A DNA stretch of 64,000 bases, taken from assembly GCA_051251915.1 (NCBI GenBank), contig JBPOGF010000019.1, positions 1 to 64,000 of the forward strand. Direction: 5' to 3'. A program made the translations under genes and the position numbers. The notes under the pieces were generated by a model, which had not been told where the DNA came from, did no database searches, and saw only the letters and a program-made list of their open reading frames with translations. Numbering within the stretch: position 1 is the stretch's first letter; each line of letters starts with the position of its first letter. Below are positions 9,510 through 19,138 of the stretch, in pieces. This stretch comes from Akkermansiaceae bacterium. GTDB lineage: Bacteria > Verrucomicrobiota > Verrucomicrobiia > Verrucomicrobiales > Akkermansiaceae.

Positions 9510-10724
9510 TTAGAATATTCTTGATACTCCGAGTTGAACTCTGTTGCGTGAGAAGTCATCGGAAGAAAGTGATGATGAGCTAGAACTGTCAGTGTAGTTG
9601 TATGAACCATTGACTGATGTTGAGTCATTTACTCTATATGTGAATCCAATGTGTGGATTGACAAGGCTACGATCAGCATCACCTATTGCTGTGTTTGCTA
9701 CAACGTCACGTCCATCTGAGTAGTCATATTGAATATAGTTAACACCTGCATTGAAGCTGAGTTTAGGTGATACAGCGTAGTTTGCAGTTAGGCCAACTCT
9801 GATAGCTTGGTTGGTGTCATAGGTATTGACTCCTTGGCTGGTGCCGTAGTTCTCAACTCCATATCTTACGAAAGTCTGAAGTCTGAGACGGCTGTTCACG
9901 CTAGTGTTTAGTGCGGCAGTGATGTATGGGCTGTAGTAGTTGTCGCGGCCACCATCAACATCGCGGTGTGTTACACCTGCGTTGGCTGTTACATAGCTGC
10001 GGTCAGATAGACGACGTTCGATTCCGAGTGAACCAACAATGTCTGTAGCGTCACCAGCGGATCCATCTGCATCTGTCTTAGCGTATGAGAGATTAGCGGT
10101 TAGAGTGGTGGTTTGGTTTAGTGAGTAGCGGAAATTGTTGTAAATGCCGTAGGTTGTACGGTCATCTTCGTTGCTTCCTCCGTGATTACTGAGACCACTT
10201 ACGCGAACACCTGTGTAGGTAGCTAAGCGTGATGTCCATCTGTGACCGATAGAGTTATCTGATGAGTAGAAAAGATGCTCAGCGGGTGCTTTATTGGGAG
10301 TGAATGAGAATGAGTAGTCAGGCTCGATTCCGAAGCTAGCGTAATTTCTGCTTACGAATCTTGTTCTTTCATTGATGCGATGGTTTAAATCTAGATTAAG
10401 GCGGGCATTGTAATAGATTCCTGCTCCACCACGATCATCCTCAAAGTATTTATTAGCGGACAAATAAGCACCGACTTTCCATGTGGTTTGTGGTGATGAG
10501 TTCATGTAATTAGCTCCGAGTGCAGCATTAGCATAGATTGAGCTTGATCCTTCTGATTCAGTTGATGATGTGAAGTAGTCATCATAACCGAGCCCGGCAC
10601 TGACCGTGTATTGTATCGGGAGAGATTCGCCTTGGGCTTCGTTCGGATCTTCGACAAAAAGGCTTTGTGCAGTAGCCAAAGATGCAAGTGCGATAGATCC
10701 TGCTACGATGTATGTTTTAGTCAT
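9510..10724 (-). CDS. Outer-membrane beta-barrel protein
   Basis: Signal peptide, alternating Tyr/Gly/Asn-rich beta-strands, C-terminal Phe (LGVSRIF). Confidence 0.8.
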   Translation of the reverse strand: MTKTYIVAGSIALASLATAQSLFVEDPNEAQGESLPIQYTVSAGLGYDDYFTSSTESEGSSSIYANAALGANYMNSSPQTTWKVGAYLSANKYFEDDRGGAGIYYNARLNLDLNHRINERTRFVSRNYASFGIEPDYSFSFTPNKAPAEHLFYSSDNSIGHRWTSRLATYTGVRVSGLSNHGGSNEDDRTTYGIYNNFRYSLNQTTTLTANLSYAKTDADGSAGDATDIVGSLGIERRLSDRSYVTANAGVTHRDVDGGRDNYYSPYITAALNTSVNSRLRLQTFVRYGVENYGTSQGVNTYDTNQAIRVGLTANYAVSPKLSFNAGVNYIQYDYSDGRDVVANTAIGDADRSLVNPHIGFTYRVNDSTSVNGSYNYTDSSSSSSLSSDDFSRNRVQLGVSRIF

Positions 10725-11177
10725 ATGCTTGTGTGTTAGTTATTTTGTAAAATTGCAGATGTTCAAATTATGTAAATTGTCACAACTAGTTTTTAACTAT
10801 GCTTTTTATAATGGATTGAAATGATAAAATGTCAACTTTTTTTTATTTAAATTTTAATAGTTATTGATAATAATATTATACGTATTAATTTTTTTTAATT
10901 GAGTTTTTGTTTCTTTAGTGGCTCTATTATAGTGCATTATGTATTTAATGGGTGTTAATAGTTGTGAATTCTTATAATTTATAAATGTCGTTTCTATTTG
11001 GAATTAACTGTATTTATAAAAAAATAATATCATCTCCTGACTTTTTCGTTTTATTTTATAATGAGCTTAGTTAAGTAATGTTAAGTTTAAAAACAAAAGA
11101 ACAGATATTATTAAAGGTGATTATTATTTTCTTTAATATATGTCACAATCTTTGTCGTTAGTGGCAATAGTTAGTGA

Positions 11178-11720
11178 ATGATGACAAAAGTTGTGCAAAA
11201 TCAAGAAATGATAGAACGTGAAAAATTTTCCAAGTTGGCGCGGGAATTCCATGGTGAATTCCTCGTTTACGCAAGGTCGCTGACTCGTGAGGGTAATACG
11301 TCTAGGGATATAGTTCAGGATAGCTTTGTGGCTGCTTGGAGAAATAAGGATAAATTTGACGTGACTAGAGACTTTGGGTCATGGATGCGGGGGATTATCC
11401 GAAATAAGTGGCGTGAGCATTTGCGAAAGAATCATCGGCAAGTTCCGCTGGATGATGAGGTGCTTGAGAGTGTGGAGGCTGAGATACGGGAGTGGCAGTC
11501 TATGCGGACTGATGGTGGCCCGTCTGTGTTTATGAAACTTGAGGAATGTTTGTCTAAGCTACCTGAGGCGCTTTTGCAGGCAGTGAAGAGTTTTTATTAT
11601 GATGGAAATAGTACGGATGAGGCAGCTGAAAATTTATCTATAGAAGGCTCTACGCTGCGTAAGCGATTACAGCGAGCGAGGTTGAGTCTGAAAGAGTGTG
11701 TGAGCAGCAAGAATAACTAA
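11178..11720 (+). CDS. ECF sigma-70 family RNA polymerase sigma factor
   Basis: DIVQDSFVAAW...FGSWMRGIIRN (region 2); LEECLSKLP...STLRKRLQRAR (region 4). Confidence 0.92.
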   Translation: MMTKVVQNQEMIEREKFSKLAREFHGEFLVYARSLTREGNTSRDIVQDSFVAAWRNKDKFDVTRDFGSWMRGIIRNKWREHLRKNHRQVPLDDEVLESVEAEIREWQSMRTDGGPSVFMKLEECLSKLPEALLQAVKSFYYDGNSTDEAAENLSIEGSTLRKRLQRARLSLKECVSSKNN

Positions 11721-11740
11721 ATTTAAAAAGGAGAGAGAAA

Positions 11741-13924
11741 ATGGAAAACGAAAATAATTTGATAGATAGCTTGCTTAAGGAGCATGCTAAGAGCAAGGGA
11801 GTGGATGAGAAATTTCTCAGTGAGCTAGAAGCAAAGCTTGATGGTGATGAGAGGGGTAATGTGATTCCGCTGGAACGTGGAGTTGATAAGTCAGGTGTGT
11901 ATGGTTGGAAACGTGGGTTGGGCGTCGGTGTGGCGGCTTGTGCTGCGCTTTGTGTGGCGGGTACTATGTTGTGGAGGTCTGGTGATAAGCCTGAGGAGAT
12001 TGTTCTGGATAGTGGTTCAGCTAGTAGACAGATTGCAAATGCTAAGGAGAGTTTGCATGAGTTAGAGGGGAAGCCAAAAGTATCGTATGGCAAGACTTTA
12101 GAGGAAGAAGGGGGTGAAGATCTTCATGCGGAGATGGCTTTGGAAAGTGAGCTTAAAACGGATTCAAGTATTAAGAAGCGTGGATCAAAACCAGCAGCCT
12201 CAGCATCCAAGCTCTCAGCGTCTATAGCTTCTTCAACTCCTATGACTGTACCTATGCCGGCTCCTGAAAAGGTTGTTGAGCCATCACTTGATTTTGGTCA
12301 CGGAGATGATTTTGGCGATGGATGGGGTGGAGGGTCTGGTGCTGGTGCTGGTGGTGGTGGAGTGGCGAGGAGGGATAAAGATCTGACAAAGCGTCAAAGT
12401 GCTGTCAATGGTATGCATGTAGATGGGGAAATTACTCCTAGCAAGAGGAGACTAGCTGATTTTAATGCTGAGAGGTATGGTGAGTTGGTTGAGAATGAGT
12501 TTACGACGCCTGTTGATAAGGAGAGCAGAAGATCTACTTTTGCGGTTGATGTTGATACGGCTTCTTATGCAAATCTTAGAAGGTTGATCAATAATAGGGA
12601 GCGTGTGCCTGCTGATTCTGTAAGGATAGAAGAGTTGGTGAACTATTTTGATTATCAATATGAACAGCCTGGGCAGACAGCTAAACATCCTTTTGCGGTG
12701 CATGTGGATGCTGCGGATTGTCCGTGGAATGAGAATAGTAAATTAGTGAGGATAGCGCTTCAGGGGAAGAATATAGTCCGTGCAGACCGACCTGCGTCAA
12801 ATGTGGTTTTCTTGTTAGATGTCTCTGGTTCGATGAATAGTGCGGACAAGTTGCCGCTGCTTAAGGAGAGCTTGGAGTATCTGTTAGAGGAGCTGAATGA
12901 GAAGGATACAATCAGTATTGTGGTTTATGCAGGGGCTTCTGGTGTTGTGCTACCGGCTACGAAAGTGGATGGTGTGGGTAGAGTTAAGATCATTAAGGCT
13001 ATGGAGAAGCTGAGTGCTGGCGGTTCTACTGCTGGAGGAGCGGGGATCAAGCTTGCTTATAAATTGGCACAGGAAAACTTTATCAAAGGTGGGGTAAATA
13101 GGGTGATTCTGGCTACTGATGGTGATTTTAATGTGGGAGTCTCTGATCCTTCCGCTTTAACGGACTTGGTAAAGCAGAAGGCGCAGAAGGGAGTTGAGAT
13201 TTCGGTGCTAGGATTTGGTAAGGGAAATCTTAATGATCGGATGTTGGAGATGATTACGAATAACGGTAATGGGAATTATAACTACATTGATACAATTAAG
13301 GAAGGGCGAAAGGTTCTGCTTGAGGATATGATGGGCACGATGGTGACGATTGCTAAGGATGTGAAAATCCAGGTGGAATTTAATCCTGCGAGAGTGAAGG
13401 AATATCGTCTGATTGGTTATTCTAACAGAATGCTTCCGAATGCTGCGTTTCTCGATAAAAAGGCGGATGCAGGGGAGATTGGAGCTGGTCATCGTGTGAC
13501 TGCATTTTATGAAATTGTTCCAGGTAAAGCAGTGGATAAAAGCAAGCTAGATGAACTTCGTTATGGTGATGATGTGATGGCTGAGGCGGATGTTAAGCGT
13601 GTGGAATCTGTAGCTAAGCATACCGATGAGCTGTTGTTCGTGAAGTTGGCTTATAAGCAACCTGAGCAGAAGATAAATGATGAGAGCACTTATCTAGCTG
13701 TCCCGCTAAAGAATGATGTGAAAACTTGGGATCGGGTTGATGAGGACTTTAAGTTCGGGGCATCGGTCGCTTTATTTGGGATGGTGCTCAGAGATAGTGA
13801 GTATAAAGGTGGAGGTGATATGGATCTGGTCCAGAAGCTCGCTGAATCAGGTAAAGGGGTGGACGGCAAAGGTCTCAGGGGAGAATTTATTAATTTAGTG
13901 AAAAAAGTGAAAGAGAGGGAATAG
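11741..13924 (+). CDS. Membrane-anchored YfbK-like vWA-domain protein, putative anti-sigma/sensor
   Basis: N-terminal TM; STFAVDVDTASY, MIDAS DVSGSM, ILATDGDFNVG, IAKDVKIQVEFNP, YRLIGY. Confidence 0.9.
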   Translation: MENENNLIDSLLKEHAKSKGVDEKFLSELEAKLDGDERGNVIPLERGVDKSGVYGWKRGLGVGVAACAALCVAGTMLWRSGDKPEEIVLDSGSASRQIANAKESLHELEGKPKVSYGKTLEEEGGEDLHAEMALESELKTDSSIKKRGSKPAASASKLSASIASSTPMTVPMPAPEKVVEPSLDFGHGDDFGDGWGGGSGAGAGGGGVARRDKDLTKRQSAVNGMHVDGEITPSKRRLADFNAERYGELVENEFTTPVDKESRRSTFAVDVDTASYANLRRLINNRERVPADSVRIEELVNYFDYQYEQPGQTAKHPFAVHVDAADCPWNENSKLVRIALQGKNIVRADRPASNVVFLLDVSGSMNSADKLPLLKESLEYLLEELNEKDTISIVVYAGASGVVLPATKVDGVGRVKIIKAMEKLSAGGSTAGGAGIKLAYKLAQENFIKGGVNRVILATDGDFNVGVSDPSALTDLVKQKAQKGVEISVLGFGKGNLNDRMLEMITNNGNGNYNYIDTIKEGRKVLLEDMMGTMVTIAKDVKIQVEFNPARVKEYRLIGYSNRMLPNAAFLDKKADAGEIGAGHRVTAFYEIVPGKAVDKSKLDELRYGDDVMAEADVKRVESVAKHTDELLFVKLAYKQPEQKINDESTYLAVPLKNDVKTWDRVDEDFKFGASVALFGMVLRDSEYKGGGDMDLVQKLAESGKGVDGKGLRGEFINLVKKVKERE

Positions 13925-13981
13925 TTAATTCGTAATGTAATTATAACAATATAATCGTTTATTTCATACTGTGTTTGGAAG

Positions 13982-14027
13982 AAGGTCAGCAACATTGAGA
14001 GGGGTCTCAGGTTGTTGGCCTTTTTTT
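13982..14027 (+). terminator. Intrinsic terminator
   Basis: aaggtcagcaac...gttgttggcctt stem followed by a T-run. Confidence 0.7.
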
Positions 14028-14039
14028 GTTTTGGGAAAG

Positions 14040-15050
14040 CTATTTTGTGGCGACTTCAGTGGAGGTAAGTTTTCCGCTTAGGTGCTCGGCGGCTAGGTCT
14101 TCTACTTCAGCTAGTGAGGTGACTTGGCAGAGTCTGGAGCGGAGTGGTTTGGCGCCAGGGAATCCTTTGCAGTAGGCCATAAGTCTGGCGCGCATGGCCA
14201 TGATGGTGTGTTTTTCTTGGCCGCCGTAGCGGGTGCTCTGGATGGCGAGTGAGCAGTGTTTTACGATGAGAGCCCAGCGTTCCTCCATGGGGATGGGGGG
14301 GAGTTGTTCGCCGGTTTTTAGATAGTGCTTGGCTTCGCGGAATACCCATGGGTTCTGCATGGCGGCGCGGCCTATCATGACTCCTGATACATCGGTGGTT
14401 TCGCGTCTAAGTTTTACGTCTGCGCCTGTTGCTATGTCTCCATTACCTACAATAGGGAGGTTTGTGACTTGGGTGCATTGCTGAATTACGTCCCAGTCGG
14501 CTTCTCCTCGGTATCCTTGGGAGCGGGTTCTGCCGTGGATGGAGATGGCTTGCATGCCTGATTCCTCGAGTGTCTTACAGACTTCTGGGGCGTTGATGGA
14601 TTCTTGGTCCCAGCCGACTCGGATTTTTGCTGTTACGGGGACTTGGTCTCCTACGGCCTTGGATACTCCTTCTGCTACGCTTGCTAGGAGTGGGCAGTCT
14701 TTGAGGAGTGATGAGCCGCCGTTTTTGGAGACGACTTTGTTGACAGGGCACCCGAAGTTGATGTCGATGAAGTCTGGTTGTTTCCAGTCGATTATTTTCT
14801 TGGCGGCTTCTCCCATGCGGACTCCATCGGCTCCAAAGATTTGGATTCCTAGTGGGCGTTGTTCCTCGTTGAATTCGGTGTATTTTCGGGTGTAGGCGTC
14901 ACGTTGCATGATGCCTTCTGCGGAGACGAACTCTGTGACGACGACATCGGCACCGAGCTCTTTACAGATGGTACGAAAGACTACGTCAGTGACACCGGCC
15001 ATGGGTGCTAGGTAGAGGGGGAATTTTCCGTTTTCAAACCAGGGTAACAT
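14040..15050 (-). CDS. dusB: tRNA-dihydrouridine synthase B
   Basis: LAPMAGVTD, IDINFGCP, IHGRTR, GNGDI, GVMIGR. Confidence 0.93.
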   Translation of the reverse strand: MLPWFENGKFPLYLAPMAGVTDVVFRTICKELGADVVVTEFVSAEGIMQRDAYTRKYTEFNEEQRPLGIQIFGADGVRMGEAAKKIIDWKQPDFIDINFGCPVNKVVSKNGGSSLLKDCPLLASVAEGVSKAVGDQVPVTAKIRVGWDQESINAPEVCKTLEESGMQAISIHGRTRSQGYRGEADWDVIQQCTQVTNLPIVGNGDIATGADVKLRRETTDVSGVMIGRAAMQNPWVFREAKHYLKTGEQLPPIPMEERWALIVKHCSLAIQSTRYGGQEKHTIMAMRARLMAYCKGFPGAKPLRSRLCQVTSLAEVEDLAAEHLSGKLTSTEVATK

Positions 15051-15112
15051 GTTTGCTTGTTATTATTGATTAGTAATTTGTTAAGGGGAGCTGTGGCTCT
15101 GGGGAGTCATAA

Positions 15113-15814
15113 TTAAACTGAGTAGAGGAAGCAACCGCAGTTTTCGCATTGGCTGAGTTGCTTTTCTTGAATTGTTTTGCTGACGGTGTCAGAGATGACT
15201 TTCATGTGGCAGCCACCACACTGGTTTTCATGGAGTGGGCAGACTGCGGCATTTCCTTTTTTGGCAAATACACGGTCGTACATGGCGAGGGTGGATGCTT
15301 CGATGTCTTTTATTAGTATGGCTCTCTCTTCGTTGAGCTCAGTGATTCTTGCTGAGTTGTTGTTTTTCTTTTCGGTGAGTGCCTTTACTTCATCAGCCAT
15401 TCCGGACTTGATAGAGGTAAGTTTTTCTGTTGCTTGATTGAGGATGGCTGAGAGTTCATCGGATTTCTCCATGCATTCTAGTTCTTGCGTTTCTAGATCA
15501 TTGACCATGTCTTGATAGCGGATGATCTCTGCTCCGAGTGCTGCGAACTCGTCATTTTTCGTAGTTTCAAATTGTTGAACGGTTAGTTTCTCGATCGTGT
15601 TTTTGCGGGTCTTTCGGTCCAGGTCAATTTTTTTGATTGCTAGGTCATTTTTTTGGGAATTTTCACGGGCTAGTACGAGGGAGGTCTGAGCTTCACTGAG
15701 TCTGCTTTTAATGGAGGCTGCATCACGCGGGATTTTGTCCAATTCACGCTGGAGGGTTTGGATCTTGTGGTCTCTGTCTTGGATGACGAGTAGTGATTCA
15801 ATTTGCGGTAACAT
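15113..15814 (-). CDS. Coiled-coil protein with C4-type zinc ribbon (CT398/HP0958-like)
   Basis: Long coiled coil, C-terminal CGGC...CENC. Confidence 0.88.
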   Translation of the reverse strand: MLPQIESLLVIQDRDHKIQTLQRELDKIPRDAASIKSRLSEAQTSLVLARENSQKNDLAIKKIDLDRKTRKNTIEKLTVQQFETTKNDEFAALGAEIIRYQDMVNDLETQELECMEKSDELSAILNQATEKLTSIKSGMADEVKALTEKKNNNSARITELNEERAILIKDIEASTLAMYDRVFAKKGNAAVCPLHENQCGGCHMKVISDTVSKTIQEKQLSQCENCGCFLYSV

Positions 15815-15961
15815 GAGAGTTTATTAGCTGTTATGAACGATGTGGGCAAGGCGAATAAGGTGGGGATGGCAGGATTGTCTCTTAATTTATTAGAGATCAA
15901 GCTAGAGGTTTCGGGAGAAAGATCTTGACCTGATTTACGAGGGATATAATTTAATACGTAC

Positions 15962-16579
15962 ATGAAATTAAAAAATATCTTACCGATGTCGGTTGCGGGG
16001 ACCTTAGGTCTGTGCTGTATTAGCTTTCTTACGAGCTGTGATGGAAGTAGTAGCAGTAGTGGTTCAGGCGAGGGCTTAGAAGGCGTTGTAATCGAAATCC
16101 CAGATAACCCGGATGAAGTGAACGAAGAGAATGTTGGTTCTGATGCCGATAATACAGGAGCAAATGAGGCGCTTGAGGCAAGTTATGGCGCGCAGGTGTA
16201 TGATGGTATTAATGCTGAGAGAACAAGCGCAGGACGTTCTGTGCTGATACGTGATTCACAGATGGATGCACTAGCGGCATCTCACAATGCGTTTATGATC
16301 AGTGTGGCTTCTCCAGGAGGCACTATCCAGACAGGTCACGATAATGCTCAATCTAGGGCAGAGGCTAATGCTGCGAGAGGGTTTAGGAGTTTCGGTGAGA
16401 ATACGGCGGGTATCAGAGGTTATAGTAGCTCGGTCGTAGCGAGAACATTTGTAGATGGCTGGGTGGCTTCATCTGGTCACTATGTGAATATTATTGGGGA
16501 TTATACCCACACTGGAGTAGCGGTTAGTGTGGACTCTAGAGACGGTACTATTTATGCGACGCAGATTTTTGCTAAATAA
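15962..16579 (+). CDS. CAP/SCP-domain lipoprotein
   Basis: Lipobox LTSC; INAER, GEN, WVASSGHYVNIIG, YATQIF. Confidence 0.88.
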   Translation: MKLKNILPMSVAGTLGLCCISFLTSCDGSSSSSGSGEGLEGVVIEIPDNPDEVNEENVGSDADNTGANEALEASYGAQVYDGINAERTSAGRSVLIRDSQMDALAASHNAFMISVASPGGTIQTGHDNAQSRAEANAARGFRSFGENTAGIRGYSSSVVARTFVDGWVASSGHYVNIIGDYTHTGVAVSVDSRDGTIYATQIFAK

Positions 16580-16675
16580 TTTATCTTTAACTTATTAACT
16601 CTCTTTTCACGACGGTCTCTTTTTATAGAGGCCGTTTGTGCGTATAGTGGTGGGAATAAGATCTGTAGTGATGGC

Positions 16676-16704
16676 TTGATTTAGGTGATTTTCGTAGTTA
16701 GAAT
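16676..16704 (+). promoter_or_regulatory. Putative sigma70 promoter
   Basis: TTGATT-N17-TAGAAT ending 9 nt before ATG 16714. Confidence 0.5.
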
Positions 16705-16713
16705 ATTCATTGA

Positions 16714-18795
16714 ATGGCATCGGACTCTACACTATCAGCACTGGCACCACCTAGGTTATTAGCAGGTATTACTTTGCTTTATTGGGGGGCTATGACGGGG
16801 GAGGCTTTTATTGCATTGATTATTGCGGTATTGCTAGAGGGTAAAAACTGGGTCAAGTGGAGTTGGGATTTTGATGCGGCAGCTTATGTGAAAGCTTTTC
16901 AGGTGTCTCTGGGGTTGTTGGGTTTGGTTTTATTGATGGTGTGGCTGGACGAGATCAACCGTGATAGTTTATATCATGTGATGAAGTGGTTCCCGTTGTG
17001 TTTTCTGCCAGTGGAGCTAGCTCAGAGATATGGCAAGAGTGATAGTATGAACCTGAATACGTTTTTTTATTTCTCTAGGTTGCGGATGAAACAAGATGTT
17101 AAAGAGGGGAGGAGTTTTAATCCGAAGAAGATCAATACGGGGTATCCTTATCTATTTATTGTGATTGTGGTGGCATCTTGTGCGAGTAGGATGGATGTGT
17201 TTGTACAAATTGGAATGCTTGGACTGATGACGGCGATTATTTTGGCGGTATCAGTCAAGCGTGGTTTGGGCTGGCGGAGGTTGGTCTGGGCTTTACCGAT
17301 GATGCTTCTAGTGGCGGTGTGGATTCAGGCAGAAACGGAGGCCATTTATAAATCCTACATGACTCGTGGAAGGGCATTTAAAGATCCAGGTGAAGGGGAG
17401 TCTAGTCCTAGGCATACTAACTTGGGGCAGTTAGGGGAAATGAAGCAGAATCCAGAAATTCAGTGGCGGATGTGGGGTGATGAGGTTCCAGAATATTTAC
17501 GTTTGAATAGCTATAATAAGCATTTTGGTGTTGGTTGGAAATATGAGTATGAGGCTGACGCGAGGGGTTTTAAGGATATCGATGAGGCTTTTGAAAGTGG
17601 TACAGGTATTGAAATTGGTGGTGATGGCACGGGACTGTTTATCTTTAAAACGGAGTTAGAGCCTATGGTGGAGGATAGTAGTGTGCCGCGAAATAAAATC
17701 ACATTGCGGGGTAAGGGGCAGTCGGATACGGAGCAGAGTATTGTGCCTTCTGCTGCGGGGTTGTTTGCCATTGATAAAATAGTGGGTGGTGATGTGACGC
17801 CGGCAGTGCATCCGTTAGGGGTTTTGAAATTGATCAACAGGAAGGCCATCATTGATTATCAGCTATGGAGCACTGATCGGAATTTGTTGGATAGTAAGCC
17901 TGATGATCAATTGGATTTGGAGGTAATTAAGAGTTATAAGAATTCTGTGACTTTGCTTAGTAAGGAGATGGGGCTTGGTAGTATTCCTGATCCACGAGAT
18001 AAGGTGAATGCGATGGGGGATTTTTTCATGCAAAACTTCAGCTATGCGCTTCATTTTGAGATGCCTAGAACGGATTTTCTTGGAAGTGATCTAGAGAGAT
18101 TCATGCTAGATGATAGGAGGGGGCATTGTGAGTATTTTGCGACTACAGCGGCATTACTTTTGCGAGAGCAGGGTATACCGACTCGTTATTGTATAGGATT
18201 TGTAGCGCGTGAGAAGGATGGAGATACTTGGGTGATGCGAGGTTCTCATTTGCATGCTTGGTGTAGTGCTTGGATAGATGGAAAATGGGAGATTGTGGAT
18301 TTGACTCCGCCGGATTGGCTTTCAATAGAGAGCGCGAAAAACGAGGTTGAGTGGTCACAGGGATTCAAAGATTGGTTTCAGAACATCAAGCAGGACTTCT
18401 TGATTTGGAGAACTGACGACGAAAACAAATCTTTGATGAATGCGGTGATGTGGGTACTGGGAGTGATGTTATTGATTTGGTTTGGATATCGGCTGTTTAA
18501 GGCTAGGACTAGGAAGGCTGATATTGGCAATGGGATGGCGTCAAGTTTGACTTATGAATTGCCTCGGGAGTTTGAATTTATAGAAGCGAAATTGTCATCT
18601 GTGATCGGTGAACGGTCTGTGGCGCAAACTTACCAGAACTGGGTGGAAGGGGCTAAGGATAAGGTGGATGAGGATTTATTAGAAAAGCTCATGAATTTAA
18701 TGAAGTTGCATGAGAAATCTAGGTTTGGAGGGCAGAATATGTCCTCTGAAATAGCAAAATCTAGTGAAAAAGTGAAATCATTACTTAAATGGTAA
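16714..18795 (+). CDS. Multi-pass membrane protein with transglutaminase-like domain (TgpA-like)
   Basis: N-terminal TM helices; GHCEYFAT, HLHAW, DLTP catalytic triad. Confidence 0.9.
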   Translation: MASDSTLSALAPPRLLAGITLLYWGAMTGEAFIALIIAVLLEGKNWVKWSWDFDAAAYVKAFQVSLGLLGLVLLMVWLDEINRDSLYHVMKWFPLCFLPVELAQRYGKSDSMNLNTFFYFSRLRMKQDVKEGRSFNPKKINTGYPYLFIVIVVASCASRMDVFVQIGMLGLMTAIILAVSVKRGLGWRRLVWALPMMLLVAVWIQAETEAIYKSYMTRGRAFKDPGEGESSPRHTNLGQLGEMKQNPEIQWRMWGDEVPEYLRLNSYNKHFGVGWKYEYEADARGFKDIDEAFESGTGIEIGGDGTGLFIFKTELEPMVEDSSVPRNKITLRGKGQSDTEQSIVPSAAGLFAIDKIVGGDVTPAVHPLGVLKLINRKAIIDYQLWSTDRNLLDSKPDDQLDLEVIKSYKNSVTLLSKEMGLGSIPDPRDKVNAMGDFFMQNFSYALHFEMPRTDFLGSDLERFMLDDRRGHCEYFATTAALLLREQGIPTRYCIGFVAREKDGDTWVMRGSHLHAWCSAWIDGKWEIVDLTPPDWLSIESAKNEVEWSQGFKDWFQNIKQDFLIWRTDDENKSLMNAVMWVLGVMLLIWFGYRLFKARTRKADIGNGMASSLTYELPREFEFIEAKLSSVIGERSVAQTYQNWVEGAKDKVDEDLLEKLMNLMKLHEKSRFGGQNMSSEIAKSSEKVKSLLKW

Positions 18796-18910
18796 TGTAT
18801 TTAAGTTGTTTTGTTTTAGTGTTTTGTGGGTTTTGTGGTATAAGCATTAGTTTTTTAGTTGTAAAACGTGGCTAAATGATTAGTTTTACCACGTAAAAAA
18901 AAACTATACT

Positions 18911-19138
18911 ATGGCTAGAAGAAAAACAACATTGGCACTAAGAGTAAATGGAGATAACCCCAATCATCATTTATGGAATAATAGGGGCGTCTGGTGGTGT
19001 CATCTAACTGTGCACAAGGCAGATGCAACAGCTGAGCGCCTCAGGTTTTCTTTAAAAACCAGAGACGTTGATCAAGCGAGACATCGTAGAGATAAGATCT
19101 TTGACGATATCGCTAAGCACTACGATATAGCTGCTTAA
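18911..19138 (+). CDS. Small basic hypothetical protein, integrase arm-binding-like
   Basis: 75 aa; NPNHHLWNNRGVWW...RFSLKTRDVDQARHRRD pattern; has its own upstream AT-rich region. Confidence 0.8.
   Translation: MARRKTTLALRVNGDNPNHHLWNNRGVWWCHLTVHKADATAERLRFSLKTRDVDQARHRRDKIFDDIAKHYDIAA

Noticed and set aside
10725..11177. AT-rich gap as oriC or an ncRNA
   Set aside because: No DnaA boxes or GC-rich stems seen; adequately explained as a divergent promoter region.
18796..19138. Prophage or integrative element around the arm-like ORF
   Set aside because: No catalytic integrase, att repeats, tRNA or phage genes; the flanking genes are ordinary chromosomal ones.
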